Part shown: piece after piece, positions 25,813 to 34,257 of the stretch
Layout: each line of letters begins with the position of its first letter
Position numbering within the stretch: position 1 is the first letter of the stretch
NCBI GenBank assembly: GCA_964569765.1
Contig: CAZMVY010000003.1
Location: 1 to 56,082, forward strand
Length of the DNA: 56,082 nt
Reading direction: 5' to 3'
DNA from: an uncultured Planctomycetales bacterium
GTDB taxonomy: Bacteria; Planctomycetota; Phycisphaerae; UBA1845; PWPN01
Notes under the pieces: generated by a model
Seen by the model: only the letters and a program-made list of their open reading frames with translations
What the model was told of the DNA's origin: nothing
Databases searched by the model: none
Program-made: the position numbers and the translations under genes

Positions 25813-28551
25813 GTGAGCTCATTGATGCGGGCATTGCTGCTGGCCTTGGCACTCGCGGCGTCCGCACGCGCCGAAGCGATCAGGCTGCTCACACAGGAGC
25901 ACGATCCCTACGGCGTTCCCCGGCCCGCCCCCGGGCAAGAGAACGTTCCCCTCCGCACGACCTTCTTCTTCGAGCTGGGCTTTAACCGACCGGATTCGCC
26001 CGACCGCGTCGTCGCCGACTCCGTCGCCGTCACGCTGCAGCCGCAAGGCGGCGTGGCGGTCGATGTGCTGAAAGCCGGCGGCCGATTCGCCCCCGGGTAT
26101 TCCGGCCGGCTCTTCCCCGCCACCGTAGGGCTCAAAGGCCAGCCCGCGCTGGCCGTGTACATCGCGTCCGATACGCCGCTCCAACCCATGACAACGTACA
26201 CAGTCCGCGTTTCAGCCCGGTCCCGGAGCGGCGCGGACCTGCCGTCCGACAAGAGCGCCTGGGCCTTCACCACCGAAGCAGAACCCGTAGCGCACTTCCT
26301 CAGCGTGCCGCTCGACCTCGACGCCCCCGTCGTAACCTGGCACGGGGCCTTCTTCTCCGGCTTCTGCAAGGTCAACTTCTGCGCAAGCGACCCGGATCTG
26401 ATCGGCACCTATGAGCGGATGGCCGACACCCGGCGACGATTCCCCACAGCCTGGAGCCTGCAGCGCGACTTCTGGCTCACCGGCATGGAATTGAAACCGA
26501 GCTTCCTGCCGAACTACCTGCCGAACATCGTCCGCGAGCTGGAGACCCGCCGCATCGTGGCGATGGAGAACCAACCCGACGGGATCCTCCTGAAACTCGA
26601 AGATTTCTTCGGCCATGAGCAATACGGCATCCCCGCCGGCCGGCCGCTCCGGGAGGACTACCACCTTGGCGACGAAATCCTCATCTCCGATGGCGTCCAT
26701 GACGCCCGGGCAAAGGTGCTGGCCGTGGCAGATGACGCCGGTGCCATTCTGGCAAGCCCGTTCGAGACACCCAAAGACGGCTGGCTTCTCACCTACACGA
26801 GTCCGCCGGCGGCCACGGAGAATCCGCAGGCCCCCGGCCTGTTTCCGCCGGGCGGCTGCTACCTGCTCAAGTTCAGGCCGCACGGCACTCCCCGCTACTA
26901 CTGGGGCCGCCTGGATAAGGAGTGGGACATTGCCCAGCGGCGTTTCGGCCGGCGCCTCGTGGTGAACTTCGCCGATGCCCCCGGCGACCTTGCCGTCGAC
27001 GGGCGCAACTGGCCCACGGCCAAGGACTACGTCGAGTTGCACGACGTGGTTCGCACGATCACCGATCACATCCTCGGACGCTATGGCGACGCATGCCTCG
27101 ACTTTGTCTGGAGCATCTTCAACGAACCGGACCTGGGCGCCCTGTTCTGGCGCTCGGATTGGAACGAGCTTCAGCGATTCTACGACTACTCGACGGACGC
27201 CATTCTTCGCGCATTCGAGGACCGGGGATACGACTCCAACCGGGTCCTGGTCGGCGGGCTGGAGCTGGGAGCCGTCTTCGGCACCCATCTGCGGCTGGAG
27301 GAGTTTCTGGCCCATTGTTCGCCGCGGGCGCAAGTCGGAGGCGCCCTGCCGATGAACGCTGCCTTCGCCGACAGACGGCTGGACGGCAGGCGGTCCCGGC
27401 GCGTGGAAACCCTGTGCCGCCGCTCGAACGGCAAGGGCGCCCCATGCGATTTCATCTCCGTGCATGCCTACAACCGCTCCGAGCTGATGGCTGCCAAACT
27501 TGTGCGGGCCAAGGAAATCGCCCTGAAAATCGACCCGGAGTACTACGCGAAGCTCCGCGTCCACTCGCACGAAGCCTGCCCGAACTGGATGCCCCCGCCG
27601 GACCCGGCCGCCGCGGACAGCTATCTCGGAAACGGTTACTTCCCCACGTGGTGCGCTGATGTGGCACGCCGGCAGTTACAGGCGGCAGCCGATGATCCCC
27701 GCTACGCGTTCGGGGAAACCATCCTGACGTTCTGGCCGTGGCCGACGGAAAACTTCGCCGGGTACCCGACCTGCACCCGGCTGATCCGCGTGGACGACGA
27801 CGGTGACGGCGCCTCCGACCGCAAGGTTCTTGTGCCGATGCCGATCTTCCACTTCCTCGGTCTGCTCAACAGCATGGGCAGCGAGTATCACGTCATCCCC
27901 GGCAGGACCTGCGGCGGACACGTCTTCGGCGGCTTTGCCTCGCGGACCGGGCGCGACATCCGTATCCTGCTCTACACGCCTGACCCCCTCGATACCCAAT
28001 CGCGGTCCGACCGGGAATTCACGGTTGCGCTCGATATCCGCGGCATCCCGTGGCCGCAGGTACGCGTGGACGAATATCGCTTCGACCGGGAGCACAACAC
28101 CTGCTTCCGCCTCGCAAGGGAACTGCGCGACCGACCGCTCGGCCGTCCCGGGGCGCCGGCCGTCACAGCGACGGAGGTGGACGAACTGGCACGAACGGTC
28201 GAAAGCGACAACCGCGAGGCGGTCCTTGCCGCGCTCAAGAAGCTGGCCGCGATCGGCCCCGCCGCCCAGTCTGCCGCGCCGACGGTCTTCCGGCTCCTCG
28301 GGCCGACGACGGATCCAACCGTCCGCGCCGCGGCGCAATCGGCAATTGCGAGGATCGCACCTTCCGAGGTCTGCTACACCCCGAAGGAGATCGCGGAGAT
28401 CCAAGCCCTCGCAACGCTGCATACGACGCGATCATCGACCCACGCCGTCGCCGACGGCCGCTTGACGGTCCCCTCGAGCCTGAAGGGAAACGGCGCGGTT
28501 TTCCTGGTGGTGGAACCCACCGTGCCCATAAGCCGCCCGGCGGTACCGTAA
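25813..28551 (+). CDS. Secreted GH39-like glycoside hydrolase with an N-terminal Ig-like domain and C-terminal HEAT-like repeats
   Basis: The signal peptide is MSSLMRALLLALALAASARA/EA (GTG at 25813; alternative ATG at 25825). The SbsA-Ig-like N-domain includes TYTVRVSARSRSGADL...WAFTT. The clan GH-A acid/base motif is VWSIFNEPDLGALFW...VLVGGLELG, followed by CDFISVHAYN, which resembles GH39. The C-terminus reads AVLAALKKLAAIGPAAQSAAPTVFRLLG...VRAAAQSAIARI. Confidence 0.75.
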   Translation: MSSLMRALLLALALAASARAEAIRLLTQEHDPYGVPRPAPGQENVPLRTTFFFELGFNRPDSPDRVVADSVAVTLQPQGGVAVDVLKAGGRFAPGYSGRLFPATVGLKGQPALAVYIASDTPLQPMTTYTVRVSARSRSGADLPSDKSAWAFTTEAEPVAHFLSVPLDLDAPVVTWHGAFFSGFCKVNFCASDPDLIGTYERMADTRRRFPTAWSLQRDFWLTGMELKPSFLPNYLPNIVRELETRRIVAMENQPDGILLKLEDFFGHEQYGIPAGRPLREDYHLGDEILISDGVHDARAKVLAVADDAGAILASPFETPKDGWLLTYTSPPAATENPQAPGLFPPGGCYLLKFRPHGTPRYYWGRLDKEWDIAQRRFGRRLVVNFADAPGDLAVDGRNWPTAKDYVELHDVVRTITDHILGRYGDACLDFVWSIFNEPDLGALFWRSDWNELQRFYDYSTDAILRAFEDRGYDSNRVLVGGLELGAVFGTHLRLEEFLAHCSPRAQVGGALPMNAAFADRRLDGRRSRRVETLCRRSNGKGAPCDFISVHAYNRSELMAAKLVRAKEIALKIDPEYYAKLRVHSHEACPNWMPPPDPAAADSYLGNGYFPTWCADVARRQLQAAADDPRYAFGETILTFWPWPTENFAGYPTCTRLIRVDDDGDGASDRKVLVPMPIFHFLGLLNSMGSEYHVIPGRTCGGHVFGGFASRTGRDIRILLYTPDPLDTQSRSDREFTVALDIRGIPWPQVRVDEYRFDREHNTCFRLARELRDRPLGRPGAPAVTATEVDELARTVESDNREAVLAALKKLAAIGPAAQSAAPTVFRLLGPTTDPTVRAAAQSAIARIAPSEVCYTPKEIAEIQALATLHTTRSSTHAVADGRLTVPSSLKGNGAVFLVVEPTVPISRPAVP

Positions 28552-28597
28552 GAGGACGGAGGCCGAGCGCCCGGTCCTGCCTTCCGGGCCGCCGCGT

Positions 28598-28623
28598 GCG
28601 TTCCCCGGCGGAACGCGCCGGGG
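28598..28623. terminator. Two overlapping GC-rich hairpins between convergent genes; candidate bidirectional terminator with no T-tract
   Basis: GCGTTCC-ccggc-GGAACGC spans 28598..28616. The alternative CCCCGGCG-gaacg-CGCCGGGG spans 28603..28623. Confidence 0.35.
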
Positions 28624-28673
28624 AGGCCAACTGCCCCCACCGCAAGCCAGAGCTCCGGCCGGCGGCCTGACGA

Positions 28674-29249
28674 TCATTCCTTCGGCGAGCGGCCCGAGTC
28701 CTCGGACGGCTCCCCGGCCGGGCCGGTGGCGCCTTTCTCGAACTCGTCTTCGAGCCGGCTGACGAAGCGGCTTTCGAGCTCAATCGGTTCCAGTGCAAGG
28801 CGCATGTCGAGGACCGCCGGCACGATCGCCGCCAGCAGCAGGAGCATGCCCGTGACAAACAGCGCCATGGCCGGATACTTCGCCAGCGGCAGCAGCACGC
28901 TCAGGCCCGTAGCCAGCGAACAGGCCGTCAGGCACGCGATCGTGCCCAGCAGGCAGTAGAGCGTCAGGCGTACGAGGCGGGCCTGTCGCGTCACCCGGGC
29001 GGTCTGCAGTTCCAGCATGTCCAGCAGTCGCCGATGCCGATCGATCGCGAACGGATCGGGCTGACCGGCCGTGCTGCTGCGGGCATAGTCTTCCTGGATC
29101 TCCAGCCGCTCGCGCTGGAACCCCCGCAGCCGCGAGATGATGTACGACAGCCGGTTATAGAAGGTCAGGCACAACAGGCCGCACGCGGAGATGATGACCA
29201 CCGGTACGACCGATGAGGATACGACCCGAGACCACACTTCCGTCGTCAT
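28674..29249 (-). CDS. DUF2721-like small membrane protein
   Basis: VVPVVIISACGLLCLTFYNRLSYIISRLRGFQRE matches the DUF2721 N-terminal pattern as I remember it. There are three hydrophobic segments. Confidence 0.65.
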   Translation of the reverse strand: MTTEVWSRVVSSSVVPVVIISACGLLCLTFYNRLSYIISRLRGFQRERLEIQEDYARSSTAGQPDPFAIDRHRRLLDMLELQTARVTRQARLVRLTLYCLLGTIACLTACSLATGLSVLLPLAKYPAMALFVTGMLLLLAAIVPAVLDMRLALEPIELESRFVSRLEDEFEKGATGPAGEPSEDSGRSPKE

Positions 29250-29497
29250 GACGTCTCAACGCGGGAACCACGACCGCCCGCAAGCAGAGCTTCTCACCGA
29301 AAGCACGACCAGCGTACGCCGCCCTTACGACAGTCGCAAGAGAGGGCAACACGGCACCGCCGCGGCGGCCGGCCAGCCGTCGATGCGCACTTGCCGCATG
29401 CGGAACGATCCGGTAAACGTGTAGCCGACGACGGCGGCCGACGTGTCGGGCGGCCGGGCCCGACCCCGCCGACAGATGCCGGAAGAGGAGACACGCA

Positions 29498-30982
29498 ATG
29501 CCCGCCACCCATTTCGTAGCGATTGACCTCGGTGCGGAGAGCGGCCGGACGATTCTCGGCCGGATCCAGGACTCGCGCCTGCACCTGGAGGTAGTCAGCC
29601 GCTTTGCCAACGGCCCCGTTCGTGTCTGTGATTCGCTCCACTGGGACGTGCTGCGACTCTTCTCGGAGATCAAGGCCGGCCTGGCCGCGATCGTACGCGA
29701 CCGCAAGTTGGCGCCGGCCGGCGTCGGCATCGACACGTGGGGAGTCGACTTCGGCCTGCTCGGCCGCGGAGATGTGCTGCTCGGCAATCCCTACCACTAT
29801 CGCGACGCCCGCACGAACGGCATGATGGAAAAGGCCTTCGCCCGGATGCCCCGCGAGAAGATCTTCGAGCTGACGGGCCTGCAGTTCATGCAGCTCAATT
29901 CGCTCTTCCAGCTCCTCGCGATGCGGCTGGGCCGATCGCCCCTGCTCGACATCGCCGAAACGTTCCTCACGATGCCGGACCTGTTTAACTTCTGGCTCAC
30001 CGGGCGCAAGGTGTGCGAGTTCTCGAACGCCACGACGACGCAGCTCTACAACCCGCGTGCCGGGGGGTGGGCCCGGCCGCTCTTCGAGACCTTCGAACTA
30101 CCGTTCGCCATGATGCCGGAGATCGTGCCGCCCGGCACGGTCCTCGGAGAGCTTCGGCCAGGCATCGCCGAGGAAATCGGCGCGGGCAAGGTGCCGGTGA
30201 TCGCCCCCGCATGCCACGACACCGGCTCAGCCGTCGCCGCCGTCCCCGCCGAGGCGGACACGCACTGGGCCTTCCTCAGCTCCGGCACCTGGTCGCTCAT
30301 GGGGATGGAGGTGACGCAACCGATCATCGACGCCCGATCGCTCCGCTACAACTTCACGAACGAGGGCGGCGTCGCGGGCACGTTCCGCTTCCTGAAGAAT
30401 ATCATGGGGCTCTGGCTCGTGCAGGAATGCCGCCGGACCTGGGAGCGCGCGGGCAAGTCCTATGGATACGACGAACTCAGCGAAATGGCAGCCAACAGCA
30501 AGCCGTTCGAGCACTGGGTGGACCCGGACGATGCCTCATTCCTCGCGCCCGGCGATATGCCCGCGCGAATCGCGGCTTTCTGCCGACGGACCGGACAGAC
30601 GGTGCCGACGGGCCCCGGGGCGGTCGTCCGCTGCTGCCTTGAGAGCCTCGCCATGAAGTACCGCCACGTTCTCGAGTGCCTCGAGGAATGCACCGGGCGC
30701 AAAGTCGATGTGATCCACGTAGTGGGCGGCGGGTCGCAGAACAAGGTGCTCTGCCAGATGACCGCCGACGCCACGGGCCGGCGGGTCGTCACGGGCCCGG
30801 TGGAGGCGACGGCCGCCGGCAACGTCATTGTGCAGGCCATCGCCACGGGCGTGCTGAAGGACATTCGCGAGGCCCGCGATCTGGTCCGACGGTCATTCGA
30901 GCTCAAGACGTACGAACCACGGGATGCCGCCTCGTGGGCCGGTCCCTGCGAGCAGTTCCGCAAGAACCTGCAGGCGCCCTGA
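29498..30982 (+). CDS. rhaB: Rhamnulokinase (FGGY family)
   Basis: Good RBS GGAAGAGGAG. IDLGAESGR, GIDTWGVDFGLL, YHYRDARTNG, EFSNATTTQLYNP, SSGTWSLMG, NFTNEGGVAGTFRFLKNIMGLWL and HVVGGGSQN line up block by block with E. coli RhaB. Confidence 0.9.
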   Translation: MPATHFVAIDLGAESGRTILGRIQDSRLHLEVVSRFANGPVRVCDSLHWDVLRLFSEIKAGLAAIVRDRKLAPAGVGIDTWGVDFGLLGRGDVLLGNPYHYRDARTNGMMEKAFARMPREKIFELTGLQFMQLNSLFQLLAMRLGRSPLLDIAETFLTMPDLFNFWLTGRKVCEFSNATTTQLYNPRAGGWARPLFETFELPFAMMPEIVPPGTVLGELRPGIAEEIGAGKVPVIAPACHDTGSAVAAVPAEADTHWAFLSSGTWSLMGMEVTQPIIDARSLRYNFTNEGGVAGTFRFLKNIMGLWLVQECRRTWERAGKSYGYDELSEMAANSKPFEHWVDPDDASFLAPGDMPARIAAFCRRTGQTVPTGPGAVVRCCLESLAMKYRHVLECLEECTGRKVDVIHVVGGGSQNKVLCQMTADATGRRVVTGPVEATAAGNVIVQAIATGVLKDIREARDLVRRSFELKTYEPRDAASWAGPCEQFRKNLQAP

Positions 30983-31008
30983 GACCGACCGGCAGAGGAA
31001 ACCTCCCG

Positions 31009-31269
31009 GTGAGCGACAGCGAGGACCGGCTTCGAGACGACTTTCGCCGCTTTGAGTATGAGTGTCCCCGGTGCGGGGCCGTGCTCCACGAATACGCCGG
31101 GCAATGCCCGGAGTGCGGGCAGAATCTCTTCGAGGCGTTCAGCGGAACATTCCGCCCGAGGCGCAGCCGGGGCGTAAAGATCCTCGTCCTTGTCGTGCTG
31201 GCCTTGTTCCTGGTGAGTATGTTGGCCGTGTCCGTCGTCTCGCTGCACGCCCTGCTTCAAGGCCGGTAA
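31009..31269 (+). CDS. Small zinc-ribbon protein with a C-terminal TM helix (86 aa)
   Basis: GTG at 31009 with RBS AGAGGAAA, 26 nt after the rhaB stop. The zinc ribbon is CPRCG-x10-CPECG. A basic patch RPRRSRG follows, then the TM ILVLVVLALFLVSMLAVSVV. Confidence 0.55.
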   Translation: MSDSEDRLRDDFRRFEYECPRCGAVLHEYAGQCPECGQNLFEAFSGTFRPRRSRGVKILVLVVLALFLVSMLAVSVVSLHALLQGR

Positions 31270-31324
31270 TCGCCCCCCGCGCCGCCCGCTCGCCGCGGGG
31301 CGGGCTCCGTTCGCACCCGCCGTC

Positions 31325-32056
31325 TCATGTGCGGGTCACGAGCGTGCCTACCTTGCCGCCGAGGACGACCTTCTTCATGTTGCCGGGTTTCGCGAGGTTG
31401 AAGACGATCACGGGAATCTGCTTCTGGCGGCACAGGTCGATCGCGCTGAGGTCCATCACGCCGAGGCGTTCATCGATGGCGCGGTCGTACGTGAGGCGCG
31501 AGTACAACGTGGCGTCGGGGTGCTTCGCGGGGTCGGCGTTGTAGATGCCGTCCACCTTCGTCGCCTTCAGTACGGCGTCGGCCCCGAGTTCCATCGCCGC
31601 GATTGCGGCGGCGGTGTCCGTCGTGACGAACGGGCGACCCGTGCCGCCGGCGAGAATGACCACGCGGCCCTTCTCGAGATGACGCAGACCGCGGCGGCGG
31701 ATGTACGGCTCGCACACGGCCGCAACCGGAATGGCAGACATCACGCGGGCCTCCAGGCCGAGGGCTTCGATCGCCTCCTGCAGTGCCAGGGCGTTGATCA
31801 CCGTGGCAAGCATGCCCATGTGGTGGGCGGTGGCCTCGGGGACGCGGGCCTGCTTCGCCGCCGCCGAGCCGCGGAGGAAATTGCCGCCGCCCACGACGAC
31901 GGCCACCTGGACCCCGGCGCGCGCGACGTTGCGGATCTCCCGGGCCATCCGCTCGAGCTGGTCGGCATCGAGCCCGAAGCCGCCGGGGCGGCAGAAGCCT
32001 TCACCGCTGATCTTCAGTACGATCCGTTTGTAGAGCGGGCTTACCTTGCCGGGCAT
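31325..32056 (-). CDS. pyrH: UMP kinase
   Basis: I chose the ATG at 32056 with RBS AGAGGA (the track start at 32104 is GTG). Matching blocks are YKRIVLKISGE, VVGGGNFLRG and ILAGGTGRPFVTTDTAAA. Confidence 0.95.
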   Translation of the reverse strand: MPGKVSPLYKRIVLKISGEGFCRPGGFGLDADQLERMAREIRNVARAGVQVAVVVGGGNFLRGSAAAKQARVPEATAHHMGMLATVINALALQEAIEALGLEARVMSAIPVAAVCEPYIRRRGLRHLEKGRVVILAGGTGRPFVTTDTAAAIAAMELGADAVLKATKVDGIYNADPAKHPDATLYSRLTYDRAIDERLGVMDLSAIDLCRQKQIPVIVFNLAKPGNMKKVVLGGKVGTLVTRT

Positions 32057-32173
32057 GGTCGTTTCCTCTGCTGTCCCCTGAGACGCCCGCTGCTCCGACG
32101 GCACACGGCGCCTGCAGACCGGGCGGCAGGCGTTCGTCCCCGGGGGGAAAGGCCGCTCCCGCGGTCCTTCCGT

Positions 32174-33016
32174 TCAGCCGCCCACTTCAAACCGCCGGTA
32201 TGCGACGATCCGGACGTCGCCGTGCCTGGCGAGCAGCTTCGCGATCGTGCCCTTGAACTTGTCCGCGTTGGCGAACTCCTGCTCGAGCAGCACATGCTCC
32301 GAATACCAGCGGTTCACCTTGCCCATCACGATCTTCTCGACGATGCTCTCGGGCTTGCCGCTCTGCAGCGCAACGGCGCGGGCGATTTCCTTTTCCTTCT
32401 CGATCGTAGCCGCGTCCACGTCGTCTCGAGAGAGAGCCGAAGGCTTCATCGCCGTGATGTGCATGCACAGGTCGGCGAGCAACTCGTCGTCGCCGCCCGC
32501 GCCCTCCACCTGAAGCAGTACGCCGATCTTGCCGTTGAAATGCACGTAGCTCGCCAGCCGACCCTGGAGCTTCTCCACGCGGACGACCTTCATGTTCTCG
32601 CGAATCTTGTTCACGAGGTCATGAAGCAGGTCGCGGCACGTGCGCGACGGCTCATTCGGGGCCGGCAGGGCCATCAGGGCATCGGGGCTGACCGGTCCGA
32701 CCGCCTCCGCTGCGGCCCGGGCGAAGAGATCGGCAAGGGTCTTGAACTCGGGGTTGTTCGCAACCGGCGCCGTCTCGCAACGAAACTCGATGATCGCGCC
32801 CACCTTGCGGTCGCGATCCACAAAACAGGCAATGCGCCCCTCGCCGGTCTCGCGACCGGCCTTCTTGTCTGCCGCGTCCGCGCCGCGCTTGCGAAGAATG
32901 TCCACCGCCTTGTCTGCGTCGCCGTTCGCCTCGGTCAAAGCCGCCTTGCAGTCCATCATGGGCAGGCCGGTGCGCTCGCGAAGGGCCTTTACTTGTGCCG
33001 CCGTTATCTCGGCCAT
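32174..33016 (-). CDS. tsf: Translation elongation factor Ts
   Basis: The N-terminus is MAEITAAQVKALRERTGLPMMDCKAALTEANGDADKAVDILRKRG. The RBS is GGAAGGAG. Confidence 0.95.
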   Translation of the reverse strand: MAEITAAQVKALRERTGLPMMDCKAALTEANGDADKAVDILRKRGADAADKKAGRETGEGRIACFVDRDRKVGAIIEFRCETAPVANNPEFKTLADLFARAAAEAVGPVSPDALMALPAPNEPSRTCRDLLHDLVNKIRENMKVVRVEKLQGRLASYVHFNGKIGVLLQVEGAGGDDELLADLCMHITAMKPSALSRDDVDAATIEKEKEIARAVALQSGKPESIVEKIVMGKVNRWYSEHVLLEQEFANADKFKGTIAKLLARHGDVRIVAYRRFEVGG

Positions 33017-33115
33017 GAACCTCGACTCCTTCCACGCTGAAAAAAGGCCCCGGCCCAGACCAGCCGAGGCCCGTTTCGTCCTGCAAAACAGTCCGGAAAG
33101 ACCGCGCCGCGTGCC

Positions 33116-34024
33116 TCACGGGGCCGCCGGCGGTGCCTCGCCGGCATCCGGCATCGCCGCGGGCGCAATACCCTCGGGCTGATAACCAGCCTCCGGCGTC
33201 GTCGGGGCGGCCGCCGGCTCCACAGGAGCTTCCTCGGCAGCGGCCGCGGCGCCGGGCGCCTCGCCCGCGGCCCTGGCCAGCACACGGCGCGAACGCCGCG
33301 CGGGCCGCGGCCCGGCCTCCCCCTCGGCCGACGGAACCGGACGCGACCGCTTGCCTTCCTCGATCGCCATGACCAACTGATCGATCACGATCGCAATCGC
33401 CCGCATGGCGTCGTCGTTGCCCGGAATCGGGATATCGGCAAAGTCGGGATCCGAATCGGTGTCGATCAGGCAGACGGTCGGAATGCCGAGCTTCTTGGCC
33501 TCTTTCACCGCGATGTGCTCGCGGCGGACGTCCACGACGACCAGCGCGCCGGGCAGACGGGTCATGTTGCGGATGCCGGAGAGGTTCCGTTGAATCTTCC
33601 GCTTCTCGCGCGTGAGCGACGAGACCATCTTCTTGCTGTACTCGCCGAGCTTACCGTCCCTCTCGATCGCCTCGAGCTCCTCCAGCCTCTGGAGCCGCGA
33701 GCGGATCGTGCGGAAGTTCGTCAGCGTCCCGCCGAGCCACCGCTCGGTGACATAGTGCATGCCGCACTGCTGGGCACCCTTCTCGATGCAGTGACGGGCC
33801 TGCCGCTTCGTGCCGACAAAAAGCACGTCATCCCCACGAGCGACCACCTGCGCCAGAAACTTCTTGGCCCGCAGCAGACCCTTCAGCGTCTCGCGGATAT
33901 CCACGATGTGAATGAGATTACGCTTGCCGAAGATGAACGGGCGCATCTTCGGATTCCACCGGCTGACGCGGTGGCCGAAGTGAATGCCCGAATCAATCAG
34001 CTGGCGGACCAGCTCCGACGCCAA
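33116..34024 (-). CDS. rpsB: 30S ribosomal protein S2 with an Ala/Pro/Glu-rich C-terminal extension
   Basis: Contains GIHFGHRVSRWNPKM. I chose the TTG at 34024, 6 nt after GGAGG; the track start at 34108 would add an implausible 28 aa. The start codon remains uncertain. Confidence 0.9.
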   Translation of the reverse strand: MASELVRQLIDSGIHFGHRVSRWNPKMRPFIFGKRNLIHIVDIRETLKGLLRAKKFLAQVVARGDDVLFVGTKRQARHCIEKGAQQCGMHYVTERWLGGTLTNFRTIRSRLQRLEELEAIERDGKLGEYSKKMVSSLTREKRKIQRNLSGIRNMTRLPGALVVVDVRREHIAVKEAKKLGIPTVCLIDTDSDPDFADIPIPGNDDAMRAIAIVIDQLVMAIEEGKRSRPVPSAEGEAGPRPARRSRRVLARAAGEAPGAAAAAEEAPVEPAAAPTTPEAGYQPEGIAPAAMPDAGEAPPAAP

Positions 34025-34257
34025 ACAACACCTCCGCGCGAAATAAAGACCGCCTCCACCTCTGTCCTGCGAACCCGGCAGTCTAACCGGCCGGGCGCGC
34101 GAAATCAAGGCGCACGGTCACGGTGATCCCGGCCGGGATCCGATTCGCAGAACATCAAGCCGGAGGTTGACGTCCCGGCTTGCGTGTAACCGCCCGGAAG
34201 GATAACGTCTCCCGCGGGCGGTTGGCAAGTACCCCCCAACAGGGAGATGACGCCGGC

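Noticed and set aside
22730-25816. 1028-aa ORF on the plus strand
   Set aside because: It is antisense to the dockerin-like gene, which has a signal peptide, an RBS and clear domain repeats. Its translation is Arg/Pro/Ala-rich with no motifs. This is a typical shadow ORF in GC-rich DNA. Only its last 44 codons are discussed, as a possible uORF.
33116-33340. Ala/Pro/Glu-rich ~75-aa C-terminal tail of ribosomal protein S2
   Set aside because: It is real but unremarkable. Such low-complexity extensions of S2 are common in GC-rich lineages.
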